The position numbers and the translations under genes are program-made. From the sequence record SRR20825010_5515: DNA of 51,817 nucleotides; one strand, written 5' to 3'. The notes beneath the pieces were generated by a model. That model saw nothing but the letters and a program-made list of their open reading frames with translations. It ran no database searches and was not told the DNA's origin. This document shows, piece after piece, positions 10,801-20,103 of this stretch (position 1 is the first letter of the stretch; each line of letters begins with the position of its first letter).

Positions 10801-11237
10801 ATTTTGCAACGGGAAATAAACTCTATAACACCGCTAGAAACCTATTCTCTAGAGGGGTTCCTTTTGTACAGAATTTTGCGGAAGCGGCCGATTTTTGGAC
10901 TCCTGATAATCCAAATGCAACTTCCCCAAGGCCTTCCCAAGGAGGTACTACCACCACCTTGGCCACTTTGGCCTCTACCCGATTTTTGGAAGATGCAAGC
11001 TTTTTAAGGGTCAAGAACGTTGCCCTAACGTATGACCTTCCCGGTAAAATATTTGAGACATCTTTTATTAGTAGTGCCCAATTCACACTATCTGCCACCA
11101 ATCTACTGACTTTTACAAAGTATACAGGTTTGGATCCTGAGGCATCAAGTAGGGAAAGCCTATTGTCTGCCGGTATAGACTATACACCTTACCCTAATAC
11201 CAAGCAATATAACTTAGGAGTGAAAATTGGTTTTTAA
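7851..11237 (+). CDS. susC: SusC/RagA TonB-dependent transducer with an N-terminal STN domain
   Basis: STN extension, LDEVVVVGYG, LKDASATAIYGARAANGVVIITTK plug, RRDGSSRFG, terminal Phe. Confidence 0.95.
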   Translation: MKKILDQKRRSYPLLKLSLKMKISMLFMFLVLFTMQANSSYAQRTKITLDLNNVTVERLIDEIESKTDFHFVYQIKEVDLNRVVSVKANKELVTKILERIFGNTRTTHNVVDKQIFLKEREAKANTFKQEVQNSPVKLQQLVSGVITDSDGIPLAGANVVEKGTTNGVTADFDGNFSIEVANESATLVISYIGYSTKEVPLNGQASVNIVLEESAAGLDEVVVVGYGVQKKSDITGAVSNISEEKLQSRPTANFSDALQGRSSGVQIRQSGGDLDGKFQIAIRGVGSVTGSNDPLIVVDGVPLVSASFSTINPKDIASIDILKDASATAIYGARAANGVVIITTKKGTVGKPQLTYSSDVSIEHISERYDVMSTEQQRLLFVEAFKNSNRSTAVYDDPNNPIWQVDNDWQDLGTRAGIRQIHNLNYSGGTENTQYSASASYQNRTGILLNTDIKTYSLRTNLSSQVNDWLKISTNITGSYQPQNYSDGDDWGSTGYRGFVYQHSYTPAYDENGELANIDTASAPYFGANTNPLVPLLLPTKELNTTRLLGNFQTNIRLMDGLFFNTNLGGDLVRVEGYTYNPIYSIGRMINTQGSVTVSNNSDTNWVADATLDYTKEFNKHDLKLLVGVSAQQFLLRRTSAFGTGTIDNSLNQLSNQTSFNSTGSNVKGGLASSFARLNYGFDDRYLLTATVRRDGSSRFGPDKRYGVFPSASLAWRVSQENFLKNSTTLNDLKFRVSYGLTGNQNIGNFEFITRAASTPYIFGNTVVVGNSASNIGNPSLQWEANKQLDIGVDFALFKSRISGTIDYYDKKSEDLLIQNPIPLTAGVPNPPIVNIGSVRNSGIEFAIFTRNLTGKFKWSTDFNISYNENEVLDIGSNSAGEPLEIPGQNIPLSNVPTNLTVAGRPVGAFNMYIFDGMWQLGEEAEAATWFNAVPGDPKYRDLNNNGLLDAGDRAFVGNPHPKFIGGMDNTFSYKNLSLSVFMNFATGNKLYNTARNLFSRGVPFVQNFAEAADFWTPDNPNATSPRPSQGGTTTTLATLASTRFLEDASFLRVKNVALTYDLPGKIFETSFISSAQFTLSATNLLTFTKYTGLDPEASSRESLLSAGIDYTPYPNTKQYNLGVKIGF

Positions 11238-11252
11238 CGTAAAAATGATAAC

Positions 11253-12758
11253 ATGAATAATTATATAAAATATATAGGTCTAGTATTAATTGGAATATTA
11301 TTCTACAACTGTAGTAAAATTTTGGAACCTGAGCCTGAAGGACAAGTAGCCCTTGATGCACTTCTATCTACGGAAGAAGGTCTTATTACGGGTGTCAATG
11401 GCATCTTCCAACCATTGCATAGCATTTATGGTGGTACCATGGTGCAGATGGCAGGAAGGTCAAGCGACGATACTTGGACATGGCGTAAAGAAACGGAATC
11501 TGATATTTTTAACATAGATGAAGCTTTCGGTCTTATTGAAACCACATGGGAGAATCATTATCGAGGAATTACCCGTGCCAATACAGTCTTGGAACGATTG
11601 CCGTTGGTTGAATCGTTTTCAAGTGATGAAATGAGGCGTTATATAGAGGGACAAAGCAAGTTTATGCGTGCATATTACTATTTTAATTTGGTTAGGTTCT
11701 ATGGCGGAGTACCTTTATTGGTAAATGAGATAAAAACACCTGCGGACGCCGAATTGCCCAGATCTTCCATTCAAGAGATTTATACCCAAATAAAATTGGA
11801 TTTAGGTGATGCTATAACACTTTTACCTACAGCTTATTCAGGTGGTAGCGGAAAGGAAGTAGGTAGGCCAACAAAATATGCCGCCTTGGCCCTAATGGCC
11901 ACTGTAAATCTGGAATTGGAAGAATGGGAAGGGGTAGTTTCAAATACAGCTGAAATCATAGGAAAGGGACGTCTTTTAGAGAACTATGCGGATAATTTTA
12001 ACGGCTCCCAGGAAAACGGTGCAGGTTCCATTTTTGAAGTGCAATATGGAGGAGAGACCGGGGCTACAACGATTAATTCCCGCGGTACATATTCTCCACC
12101 CGATTTGCAAGGCGGTGCAGCTAATTTGCCTACCGATGATACTTGGAACGGAGAAGGCGGTAGTTTATCATCCGGTAATGGCATTGTTCAAGAATATGAA
12201 CCGGGAGATAAACGTAAAGATGTTACCCTGGCAGGCTATGACTTGGATAATTTCTTGTTTCCCGACCAGCCAAAAGGGAGTCTTTTATATATTAACAAGT
12301 TTTTCAATGAAGTTGATCAGCCTATAACACAAAGTACATGGAACTTTCCAATTATACGATATGCGGATGTACTATTGATGCGGGCAGAAGCATTGAATGA
12401 GATTGGCTATACTCCCAATGGAGAGGCTTTTGATCTTTTGAACGAAGTAAGGGTCAATGCAGGTCTTGGCGGTCATGATGCTTTGTCGCTAACTACACAA
12501 CAAGAATTTAGGGAAGCACTTATAAAGGAACGAAGGATAGAGCTGGCCTTTGAAAGCAAACGCTATTTTGATTTGAACAGATGGGGTATTTTAAGGGACA
12601 AGATCCAATTTCAAATGGATATAAAAGGAGAGCTTACATTTCCAAGCAACAGGTTGATCCAACATCCAATTACAGGAAAGTCATATTTTTTATATCCAAT
12701 TCCGTTGGTGGAGTTTTCCAATAACGCCAATCTGCAAGAGCAGAATCCTGGGTATTGA
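11253..12758 (+). CDS. susD: SusD/RagB nutrient-binding lipoprotein
   Basis: Lipobox FYNC; RAYYYFNLVRFYGGVP, IRYADVLLMRAEALNE, ERRIELAFE, QNPGY. Confidence 0.95.
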   Translation: MNNYIKYIGLVLIGILFYNCSKILEPEPEGQVALDALLSTEEGLITGVNGIFQPLHSIYGGTMVQMAGRSSDDTWTWRKETESDIFNIDEAFGLIETTWENHYRGITRANTVLERLPLVESFSSDEMRRYIEGQSKFMRAYYYFNLVRFYGGVPLLVNEIKTPADAELPRSSIQEIYTQIKLDLGDAITLLPTAYSGGSGKEVGRPTKYAALALMATVNLELEEWEGVVSNTAEIIGKGRLLENYADNFNGSQENGAGSIFEVQYGGETGATTINSRGTYSPPDLQGGAANLPTDDTWNGEGGSLSSGNGIVQEYEPGDKRKDVTLAGYDLDNFLFPDQPKGSLLYINKFFNEVDQPITQSTWNFPIIRYADVLLMRAEALNEIGYTPNGEAFDLLNEVRVNAGLGGHDALSLTTQQEFREALIKERRIELAFESKRYFDLNRWGILRDKIQFQMDIKGELTFPSNRLIQHPITGKSYFLYPIPLVEFSNNANLQEQNPGY

Positions 12759-12794
12759 ATTAATATTTTAAAGACTCTACATGACTAAATTTTT

Positions 12795-12840
12795 ATGCCG
12801 ACGAGGGTTTCTAAATAATTTTAGGAACCTTTAGAGGCAT
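12795..12840 (+). terminator. Stem-loop after susD (terminator or mRNA stabiliser)
   Basis: GGTTTCTAAA/TTTAGGAACC stem extended by ATGCC/GGCAT. Confidence 0.45.
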
Positions 12841-12953
12841 ATTTTATATCGACAGGGCAGGTCCTAAATTGTCTTGGTCGTGGAAGAAATAGAGGAAGGA
12901 ATTTAGGATGTTAGAACAATGCGTATGTAAATTAAAATTTAGCCAATTGAATT

Positions 12954-14504
12954 ATGACAATTAATAAAAGAAAAAAAAGTTTTTCAGGTCCATGGTCATT
13001 TTTTGTGGCCTGCCTATTAATGGCAGTTGTTTCTTGTGGTTCAAACCCCTCCAAAAAATCTTTGGAAGAGGAGGAGATGCAGGACAATCGTCCAAATATC
13101 GTCTATATTTTAGCCGATGACATGGGGTATGGCGATTTATCATCGCTTAACCTAAATTCTGAAATTCAAACGCCATTTATGGATAGGATTGTTAAACAGG
13201 GAATGTATTTTACTGATGCGCATTCCAATTCAGCAGTTTGCACTCCTACACGATATGGAATACTTACTGGTCGCTACGCATGGAGAAGTAGATTAAAAGA
13301 AGGGGTTTTGTGGGGCTATGATCCGCCATTAATTGAATCCGATCGTACCACGGTGGCCTCCTTTCTAAAAGATAATGGTTACAATACGGCCTGTATTGGC
13401 AAATGGCATTTGGGGCTGGGTTGGCAAGCAAAAGATTCTGAAAGGCCCATTGCAAAATACGAGTGGGACAAGGTCTTTGAAGAAGGGGCCGACAGCAATG
13501 TAGATTTTAGTAAAAAGGTAAGCGGCCCAAATACACTGGGTTTTAATTATTCTTATATTATTCCGTCTTCCCTGGATATGACACCATACCTTTATTTGGA
13601 GAATGAAAAGGCAACCGAACTACCAACGGCCTACACGGAAGGTAAAAGTCAGGCCAAGGACGGAAGAGGAGTGTTTTGGAGACCAGGAGAAGTTGCCCCA
13701 AACTTCGACTTCAATAAGGTTATGGACCACCTTACTTTTAAGGCTACAACTTATATAGCTGAACAAGAAAAGGTAACAGAACCTTTCTTTCTTTATTTCC
13801 CGCTAACAGCTCCGCATACTCCTTGGCTACCTACAGAAGCGGTTAATGGAAAATCGAACGCAGGGCGTTATGGCGATTTTGTAACTCTTGTAGACAATAC
13901 TGTAGGGGCCATTTTACAAGCTTTGGAGGAATCCGGAAAAGCCGAAAATACCTTAATTATTGTTACCTCAGACAACGGTTCTAATTGGACGGAGGAAGAT
14001 AAGGCCGAATTTGAACACCGGGCCAATTATATTTACAGAGGCCAGAAGGCAGATATTTACGAAGGAGGACATCGTATCCCTTTTATTGCACGGTGGCCGG
14101 GAAAAATAAAACCAGGAAGTGTTTCTGATCAAGTACTATGTACCACCGATTTGTTGGCTACGCTAGCAGGTATAGTGGGTAAGGATTTACCGGCGGGAGC
14201 AGGAGAAGATAGTTACGATATGTTGCCGGTTTTTACCGGAGAGGCACAGGAGCAAATTCGGGATTATACAGTGCACCATTCCCTGAATGGTTTTTTTGCC
14301 ATTCGAAAGGGCGATTGGAAACTTACAACCTCTCTGGGGTCAGGAGGTTTTACCAAACCCGATGCAGTTCTGCCTGAAGTGGGACAACCAAACGCAACCT
14401 TGTATAATTTGAGAGAGGATCCAAGTGAAACCAATAATGTTTATGGGGAGCATCCTGAAGTTATAGAGGAGCTTTTGGCTCTGTTGGATGATGCGAAAAA
14501 ATGA
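12954..14504 (+). CDS. Cys-type S1 sulfatase, lipoprotein
   Basis: [39 protein letters not shown]; lipobox VVSC. Confidence 0.93.
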   Translation: MTINKRKKSFSGPWSFFVACLLMAVVSCGSNPSKKSLEEEEMQDNRPNIVYILADDMGYGDLSSLNLNSEIQTPFMDRIVKQGMYFTDAHSNSAVCTPTRYGILTGRYAWRSRLKEGVLWGYDPPLIESDRTTVASFLKDNGYNTACIGKWHLGLGWQAKDSERPIAKYEWDKVFEEGADSNVDFSKKVSGPNTLGFNYSYIIPSSLDMTPYLYLENEKATELPTAYTEGKSQAKDGRGVFWRPGEVAPNFDFNKVMDHLTFKATTYIAEQEKVTEPFFLYFPLTAPHTPWLPTEAVNGKSNAGRYGDFVTLVDNTVGAILQALEESGKAENTLIIVTSDNGSNWTEEDKAEFEHRANYIYRGQKADIYEGGHRIPFIARWPGKIKPGSVSDQVLCTTDLLATLAGIVGKDLPAGAGEDSYDMLPVFTGEAQEQIRDYTVHHSLNGFFAIRKGDWKLTTSLGSGGFTKPDAVLPEVGQPNATLYNLREDPSETNNVYGEHPEVIEELLALLDDAKK

Positions 14505-14579
14505 TGTTAAATGTCAGAGATAACCGGTATCCTCAAAAAAAAGTCCAATTAACTATTAATTAATAGTATAGTAAAACTA

Positions 14580-16154
14580 ATGAAAAAAATAATTGAACGT
14601 TCGGTAGCATTTTTTATTATTTTTCTTATTGCCTCATGTTGGGATAAAGAAAAGCCCAACAAAGAAGGGGCAGCGCAAAAAGTGGAATTGCCCAATATTG
14701 TTATTATTTATGCCGATGATATGGGCTATGGAGATCTTAATTATCAGAATCCGAATTCTAAAATACCTACTCCTAATCTTGATCAACTAGCTTCGGAAGG
14801 AATGCGTTTTACGGATGCCCACAGTTCTTCGGGAATTTGTTCCCCTAGTCGTTTCGCATTATTGACAGGGACATACCACTGGCGAAACCAACATGGAATA
14901 GTAAATTCATTTGGCAAACCCTTCTTCAAGGAATCCGATGTTACACTTCCACAGGTTTTACAAAAATCAGGCTACACTACGGCTTGTATCGGTAAGTGGC
15001 ATTTGGGATGGGATTGGAAATTTAAAAATGAGCCATCAGGAAAAACGGTGCAGGGGGAAAGAGTGGTAAACTACTACCTTCCTGAGGATTTAGATTGGAG
15101 TGCTCCAATTTCAGGCGGACCTTTAGATCGAGGTTTTGATTACTATTTTGGTGATGGAACCATAAATTTCCCACCCTATGCATGGATTGAAAACGATAAA
15201 TTTATAGAACTGCCAACAAAAGATCAAGACGTTGTTAAGAGAGGTTTTGAGACTAAGGAAGGGAATTGGGAATTTCGTCCGGGACCAATGGTAGAAGGAT
15301 GGGACCCTTATATGGTATTACCTACCCTTACCCAAAAAGCAGTGGAATACGTAAATAGACAAGAGAGGGACAACCCCTTTTTTCTATATTTTGCACTTCC
15401 CTCGCCGCATGCACCTATAATTCCTAACGATGAGTTTATTGGAACGTCTGAAGCAGGGGGTTATGGAGATTTTATGGTACAGACGGACTGGGTTGCCGGA
15501 CAGGTATTAAAAGCCTTGAAAGAAAAAGGTTTAGATAAGAATACCATTGTTATATTCAGTGCCGATAATGGTCCGGAAAAATATGCGTTTGAACGGGCAG
15601 ATAAATATGGCCACTTTAGTATGGGTGATTTTCGGGGTTTAAAACGGGATGTATGGGAAGGAGGCCACCACGTACCATTTATTGTAAAATGGCCAGGAAA
15701 GATCAGTGCCGGTTCTGTTTCCAGGGAGGTAATATCCCAGGTGGATATTATGGCCACATTGGCGGCAGCCACCAATACTCCCTTGGCAGAAGGAGCAGCT
15801 CCGGATAGCTATAATTTACTGCCGGTTTTTAAGGGGGAAAAATATACTTCACCCTTACGCGAAGCTACAGTTCACAACACCTTTGAAAAGGTATGGGGGT
15901 TGAGGCAGGGTAAGTGGCTTTATATCAATGCTCCTTCTGGCGAACATACAAAAATGCCGGATTCCTTTAAAAAGCTAAAGAATTATACTGACTTTGAAGG
16001 AGAAGGCCTATTGTTCGATATGGAGAAAGACCCTGAGCAACGCATCAATTTATTTGCTCAACATCCAGGGAAAATAGTTACGATGGACCAGCTTTTACAA
16101 AAATATAGGGAACAAGGATATTCTGTAGAACGGACCCCTGTAACTGCCAAATAA
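14580..16154 (+). CDS. Cys-type S1 sulfatase, lipoprotein
   Basis: [30 protein letters not shown]; lipobox IASC. Confidence 0.93.
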   Translation: MKKIIERSVAFFIIFLIASCWDKEKPNKEGAAQKVELPNIVIIYADDMGYGDLNYQNPNSKIPTPNLDQLASEGMRFTDAHSSSGICSPSRFALLTGTYHWRNQHGIVNSFGKPFFKESDVTLPQVLQKSGYTTACIGKWHLGWDWKFKNEPSGKTVQGERVVNYYLPEDLDWSAPISGGPLDRGFDYYFGDGTINFPPYAWIENDKFIELPTKDQDVVKRGFETKEGNWEFRPGPMVEGWDPYMVLPTLTQKAVEYVNRQERDNPFFLYFALPSPHAPIIPNDEFIGTSEAGGYGDFMVQTDWVAGQVLKALKEKGLDKNTIVIFSADNGPEKYAFERADKYGHFSMGDFRGLKRDVWEGGHHVPFIVKWPGKISAGSVSREVISQVDIMATLAAATNTPLAEGAAPDSYNLLPVFKGEKYTSPLREATVHNTFEKVWGLRQGKWLYINAPSGEHTKMPDSFKKLKNYTDFEGEGLLFDMEKDPEQRINLFAQHPGKIVTMDQLLQKYREQGYSVERTPVTAK

Positions 16155-16167
16155 AAACTACACCAAT

Positions 16168-17571
16168 ATGCATGGAATCAAAATTGTCTTTGGAATGATG
16201 ATCAATAAAACACTTAATGCAGTATTTTTCTTTCTTGTCACTTTAATAACAATGAATTCGGTTTTCTCGCAGGAAAATAAAAGTAAAGATAACGATAGGA
16301 AAGTCCTTAAACCCAATTTTATTCTTATCATGGCCGATGATTTGGGTTATGGTGACATCTCCTGTTATGGCAATACTTAAATCAATACCCCAAATATTGA
16401 TAGGTTAGCTATGGAAGGAATTCGGTTTACGGACTTTCATTCAAATGGGGCAGTTTGTAGTCCCACACGAGCAGCACTATTAACAGGGAAATATCAGCAG
16501 CGGACTGGGGTAGGGGGCGTCATTACGGCAGCAAGCCACAGAGAAGTAGGCTTGGCTATTGAGGAGATAACCATTGCCGATGAACTTAAAAAACATGGTT
16601 ATAGCACAGGGATTTTCGGAAAATGGCATTTAGGGTATGACCCCAAGTTTAATCCCTCCCTACAGGGGTATGATGATTTTAGAGGTTTTGTGAGTGGGAA
16701 TGTAGATTACCACGCACATATAGACCAGGAAGGATATTTTGATTGGTGGAATAACACGGAAATTAAGGATGATAATGGCTATACGACCGACTTGATAACA
16801 GAATATGGTTTGGATTTTATAGAAAGGAATAACCCTAAAAAAACTGAAAAACCGTTTTTCTTATATCTTCCACATGAATCCCCTCATTACCCATATCAGC
16901 GAAGAACTGATAACGCCCTTCGCAGGGTTGGGGAAAGAGGCACCGATCCTGTACCGGAAGATAGTATACCTGGTATTTACAAGGAAATGATTGAGGTTTT
17001 GGATGAGGGTGTGGGACAGATCATGCAAAAACTTAAGGAAACAGGGTTGGATAAAAATACAATCGTAATTTTCTGTTCTGATAATGGAGCATCAAATAAT
17101 GGCAGTAATGGCGCATTAAGAGGTTTTAAGGCTGGTTTGTATGAAGGTGGACATCGTGTTCCGACAATCGCATGGTATCCAACAAAATTTAAGGCGGGAG
17201 AAGTAAGTGTAGAACCGGTATTGACAATGGATTTTCTTCCAACCTTTCTAGATTTTATAGGTGAAGTCCCGCAAAGTAATACCATAGATGGCATAAGTAT
17301 AATGAACCATCTACTTTCTGGTGAACCACTTCCTAAACGAGATTTGTTTTGGGGTTTTGGTAATAAAAATGCCGTTCGCTCTGATAATTGGAAACTCGTG
17401 GCCATTAAAGAAAAAGGCCAAGAAATTATAGAGTTATTTGATCTGTCCAAGGCTATTTCTGAAAAAAATGATATAGCTGAAGACCACCCCAAAATAGTTA
17501 AGCAATTAATTAGAAAACTTAAAAAATGGCGAAGAGATGTTTTTAATGGGGTAGCGTTGGTGTCGGAATAA
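16168..17571 (+). pseudogene. Cys-type S1 sulfatase interrupted by one in-frame TAA (16378-16380)
   Basis: ORFs 16168-16380 and 16411-17571 share a frame: [29 protein letters not shown]..CSPTR. Confidence 0.88.
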
Positions 17572-17633
17572 TAAAATTCCAACTTAATAGTTTTTGTTTT
17601 ACCGATATTACGATTGGAGTTAATTTAGTTACC

Positions 17634-17667
17634 AAAGGAACAATGAGAGACATTGTTCCTTTTTTTT
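17634..17667 (+). terminator. Intrinsic terminator ending the sulfatase locus
   Basis: AAAGGAACAATG-agaga-CATTGTTCCTTT followed by a T-run. Confidence 0.8.
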
Positions 17668-17906
17668 ATTCCGAGAAGGAAAAAAGAAAAACTTTTCTTT
17701 ATTGAATTCCATGGTAATAGAGAAAAGAAATGGAAGTAATATAAGATGCTTCAATGATATACAATACCCGGTAAGAAACCATTTAAGTAGGTAAATAATC
17801 CAAGAAAATAAAGTCAGATAATCTTTATACTACTAAATCAAATAATAGGTAGCCCAAATTTTTGGTAAGGACAATTTGAATCCTTGCCAATGGTTCAAAT
17901 ACTAAC

Positions 17907-18047
17907 TGGGGAAAATATCCCATTTGGGGAGAAATTCCCCAATTAAATTTTCAGACTCTACACTTTACGAATGTTGTTACTCCTTGTATTTCAGGTGTTT
18001 AGCATATGGGTTAAAAATGCGCCATTGCCCATGGCATAACCTTTGCT
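17907..18047 (+). promoter_or_regulatory. Sigma54-type promoter with candidate enhancer palindromes
   Basis: TGGCATAACCTTTGCT (18032-18047) fits GG-N10-GC; palindromes TGGGGAAAATATCCCA and TTGGGGAGAAATTCCCCAA at 17907-17942. Confidence 0.65.
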
Positions 18048-18172
18048 CCAGACCCATAAATATGCTATAAGCGTTTCATGATACTCTTTAATAAAACAAA
18101 CGGATATTAATGAAATTCTGAAGCTTTTATTAATAACGAAAAAATTGATTAAAAACCTTTAAAAACACAGTT

Positions 18173-18541
18173 ATGAAAAAATTATTTTTTGCAGTCTTAT
18201 TCATGGTGGCAACCCTAGGCATTAATGCGCAAAGTGGCAGTCCCGAAGTTCTAAAAGAAGTAAAGGAGGGAGATATACTTAGGATTGGGCGTCCGGACGC
18301 TCCTAGTTTTAAGCATATAGATTTTCCAAGAGCAAATACTATTATTAAAAACGGGGGTATTGCCAACTATAAAAAAATGGAAGGAATTAAAGTGGTAGTT
18401 ACGTCCATAAAGGAAAAAAAGGACGGTACCTTACAGGCTAAGATCAAAAGGACTGATGGTGGACGATTTTTTGGTCTCCATACCGCTGTATCTGCAGATT
18501 TAAGGGATGCACTTGAATCGGGAGAGCTTAGGGGAATTTAG
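18173..18541 (+). CDS. Small secreted hypothetical protein
   Basis: Signal peptide MKKLFFAVLFMVATLGINAQ; 122 aa. Confidence 0.8.
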   Translation: MKKLFFAVLFMVATLGINAQSGSPEVLKEVKEGDILRIGRPDAPSFKHIDFPRANTIIKNGGIANYKKMEGIKVVVTSIKEKKDGTLQAKIKRTDGGRFFGLHTAVSADLRDALESGELRGI

Positions 18542-18559
18542 TATTTAAATGGATGGTTT

Positions 18560-18622
18560 AATCCGTCCAGTTCCGAGTTGTTTTAGTGGCTCAAGTTAGT
18601 TAAGGACTGGACGGATTTTTTT
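18560..18622 (+). terminator. Long-loop hairpin terminator
   Basis: AATCCGTCCAGT ... ACTGGACGGATT followed by a T-run. Confidence 0.65.
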
Positions 18623-18686
18623 AATTCTAAGTGTACAACTTAATATGCATTTGATAATTTGATGTAAACCCTAATAAAACAAAAGA

Positions 18687-19322
18687 ATGTCTAAAAAACT
18701 GACCTTAAAACAGCGTCTTAATACTGGTTTTATCTTGGCAATAGCATTTTTATTGGTGCTTACATCCAATGTATTAAACAGTAGAAACTTCTCTACTGCG
18801 GACCATACCGTGAATTCAGTTTTTGAAGATAGGGTGGTCGCCCTTGAGTACATCTATAGACTTAACAACCTTTTTCACCAGAAAGAGTTGGAAATGACCT
18901 CAGCGGAAGGGAATGCAGCCCATGATGCTAATGGTAGAAGTATTACGGAACTTCTGGAGAATTTTTCTAAAACTAAATTAACGCCCAATGAAGCGGTCCA
19001 TTTTGAACTGCTTAAGGAAAACTATAATGAATTACAATCCTTGGAAAATGGATGGTCTAAGACACAAGCATCTGCGGAAATGGGACCTTCAAAAGAATTC
19101 AGTGCACTATTTACAAAAATTAGCAACAATCTTGATAAACTTTCCAAAGTGCAGCTTTCTGAAGGGCGTCAATTGACCTATTTGTCCAATAAGGCATTAA
19201 GTATGAACTTATTGCTTTCTAAACTTCAAGTTGCATTTTTAATTGTCATAGGTCTTCTGATGGTACTCATTATTTTTCACGGGGAAAAACCGTTTATTAG
19301 GATGATTGGTAAAGATGCTTAA
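18687..19322 (+). CDS. Stand-alone four-helix-bundle (4HB_MCP-like) sensory membrane protein
   Basis: Two TM helices flanking VNSVFEDRVVALEYIYRL..TKLTPNEAVHF; no cytoplasmic signalling domain. Confidence 0.7.
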   Translation: MSKKLTLKQRLNTGFILAIAFLLVLTSNVLNSRNFSTADHTVNSVFEDRVVALEYIYRLNNLFHQKELEMTSAEGNAAHDANGRSITELLENFSKTKLTPNEAVHFELLKENYNELQSLENGWSKTQASAEMGPSKEFSALFTKISNNLDKLSKVQLSEGRQLTYLSNKALSMNLLLSKLQVAFLIVIGLLMVLIIFHGEKPFIRMIGKDA

Positions 19323-19347
19323 AATATTCTGGCATCTTTGTTCAGCG

Positions 19348-19484
19348 TGGAGCTCATTCTCTGTCAATAGACCTGTTTGGGTAGGTTGTTTTTTTTTTGG
19401 AAGAAGTATTAAATACCCGTATTTATTGGGTTAGGTGTGAATTGAGGTACCAACAGTCGAGGAAAGTACACGGAAATTAGCATT
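19348..19484. repeat. att-junction copy A (mnmE core deleted)
   Basis: 19422-19482 matches 24388-24448 at 50/61 nt ungapped; the left flank also resembles 24273-24337. Confidence 0.75.
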
Positions 19485-19514
19485 AGTCCTTAAAAAGATA
19501 ATTGGCGTAGAAAA

Positions 19515-19811
19515 TCATTTAGCCAATCCTTTAATTTCGCTACCAAAGATAAGGAACATTATAATCTCATATTTTTTGCCTAATTTTTCCCTAAGGATTC
19601 CAAAGGCCTTAGTAATTTGAGCTTCAACAGTTTTTATAGAGACGTTTAGGTGTTCCGAAATTTCAATGTTGGTGAGTCCTTCTTTTTTGCTTAAGATAAA
19701 TATTCTCTGGCATTTGGGGGGGAGGTTTTTTATTTCAGTATTCACTATCGTAATTATGCGTTCAATAATATTCTCATCAGTTTCCTCTACGACTTCTCCC
19801 AGTGTCTCTAA
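19515..19811 (-). pseudogene. Truncated ECF sigma factor (region 4 only)
   Basis: LETLGEVVEETDENIIERIITIVNTEIKNLPPKCQRIF..KLGKKYE closely parallels the C-terminus of 5807-6403; TAA at 19812-19814 directly upstream; region 2 absent. Confidence 0.85.
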
Positions 19812-20103
19812 TTAATAAGAATGACTTTATTTTCATGATTTTCATGATGTAAATGTTTTAATTACTAATTCACCTGTTTCCAAAATTTCTAGAAAAACTT
19901 ATAATTAATTCAAAGTATAGTTTAAATATTAATGCGTAAGGAAGAATTGGATATTTGGTGGACATGGAATAAGTTTCGATTGACAAATGGAAATACCACT
20001 CAATTTTGATATTCCATCTACGAAAACTGGTTGTATGTCATCAAATTTCTTGATGTTAAGTATATTTCTTAATTTTAATAGAGACTTTTTGAAAACGGAA
20101 CTT

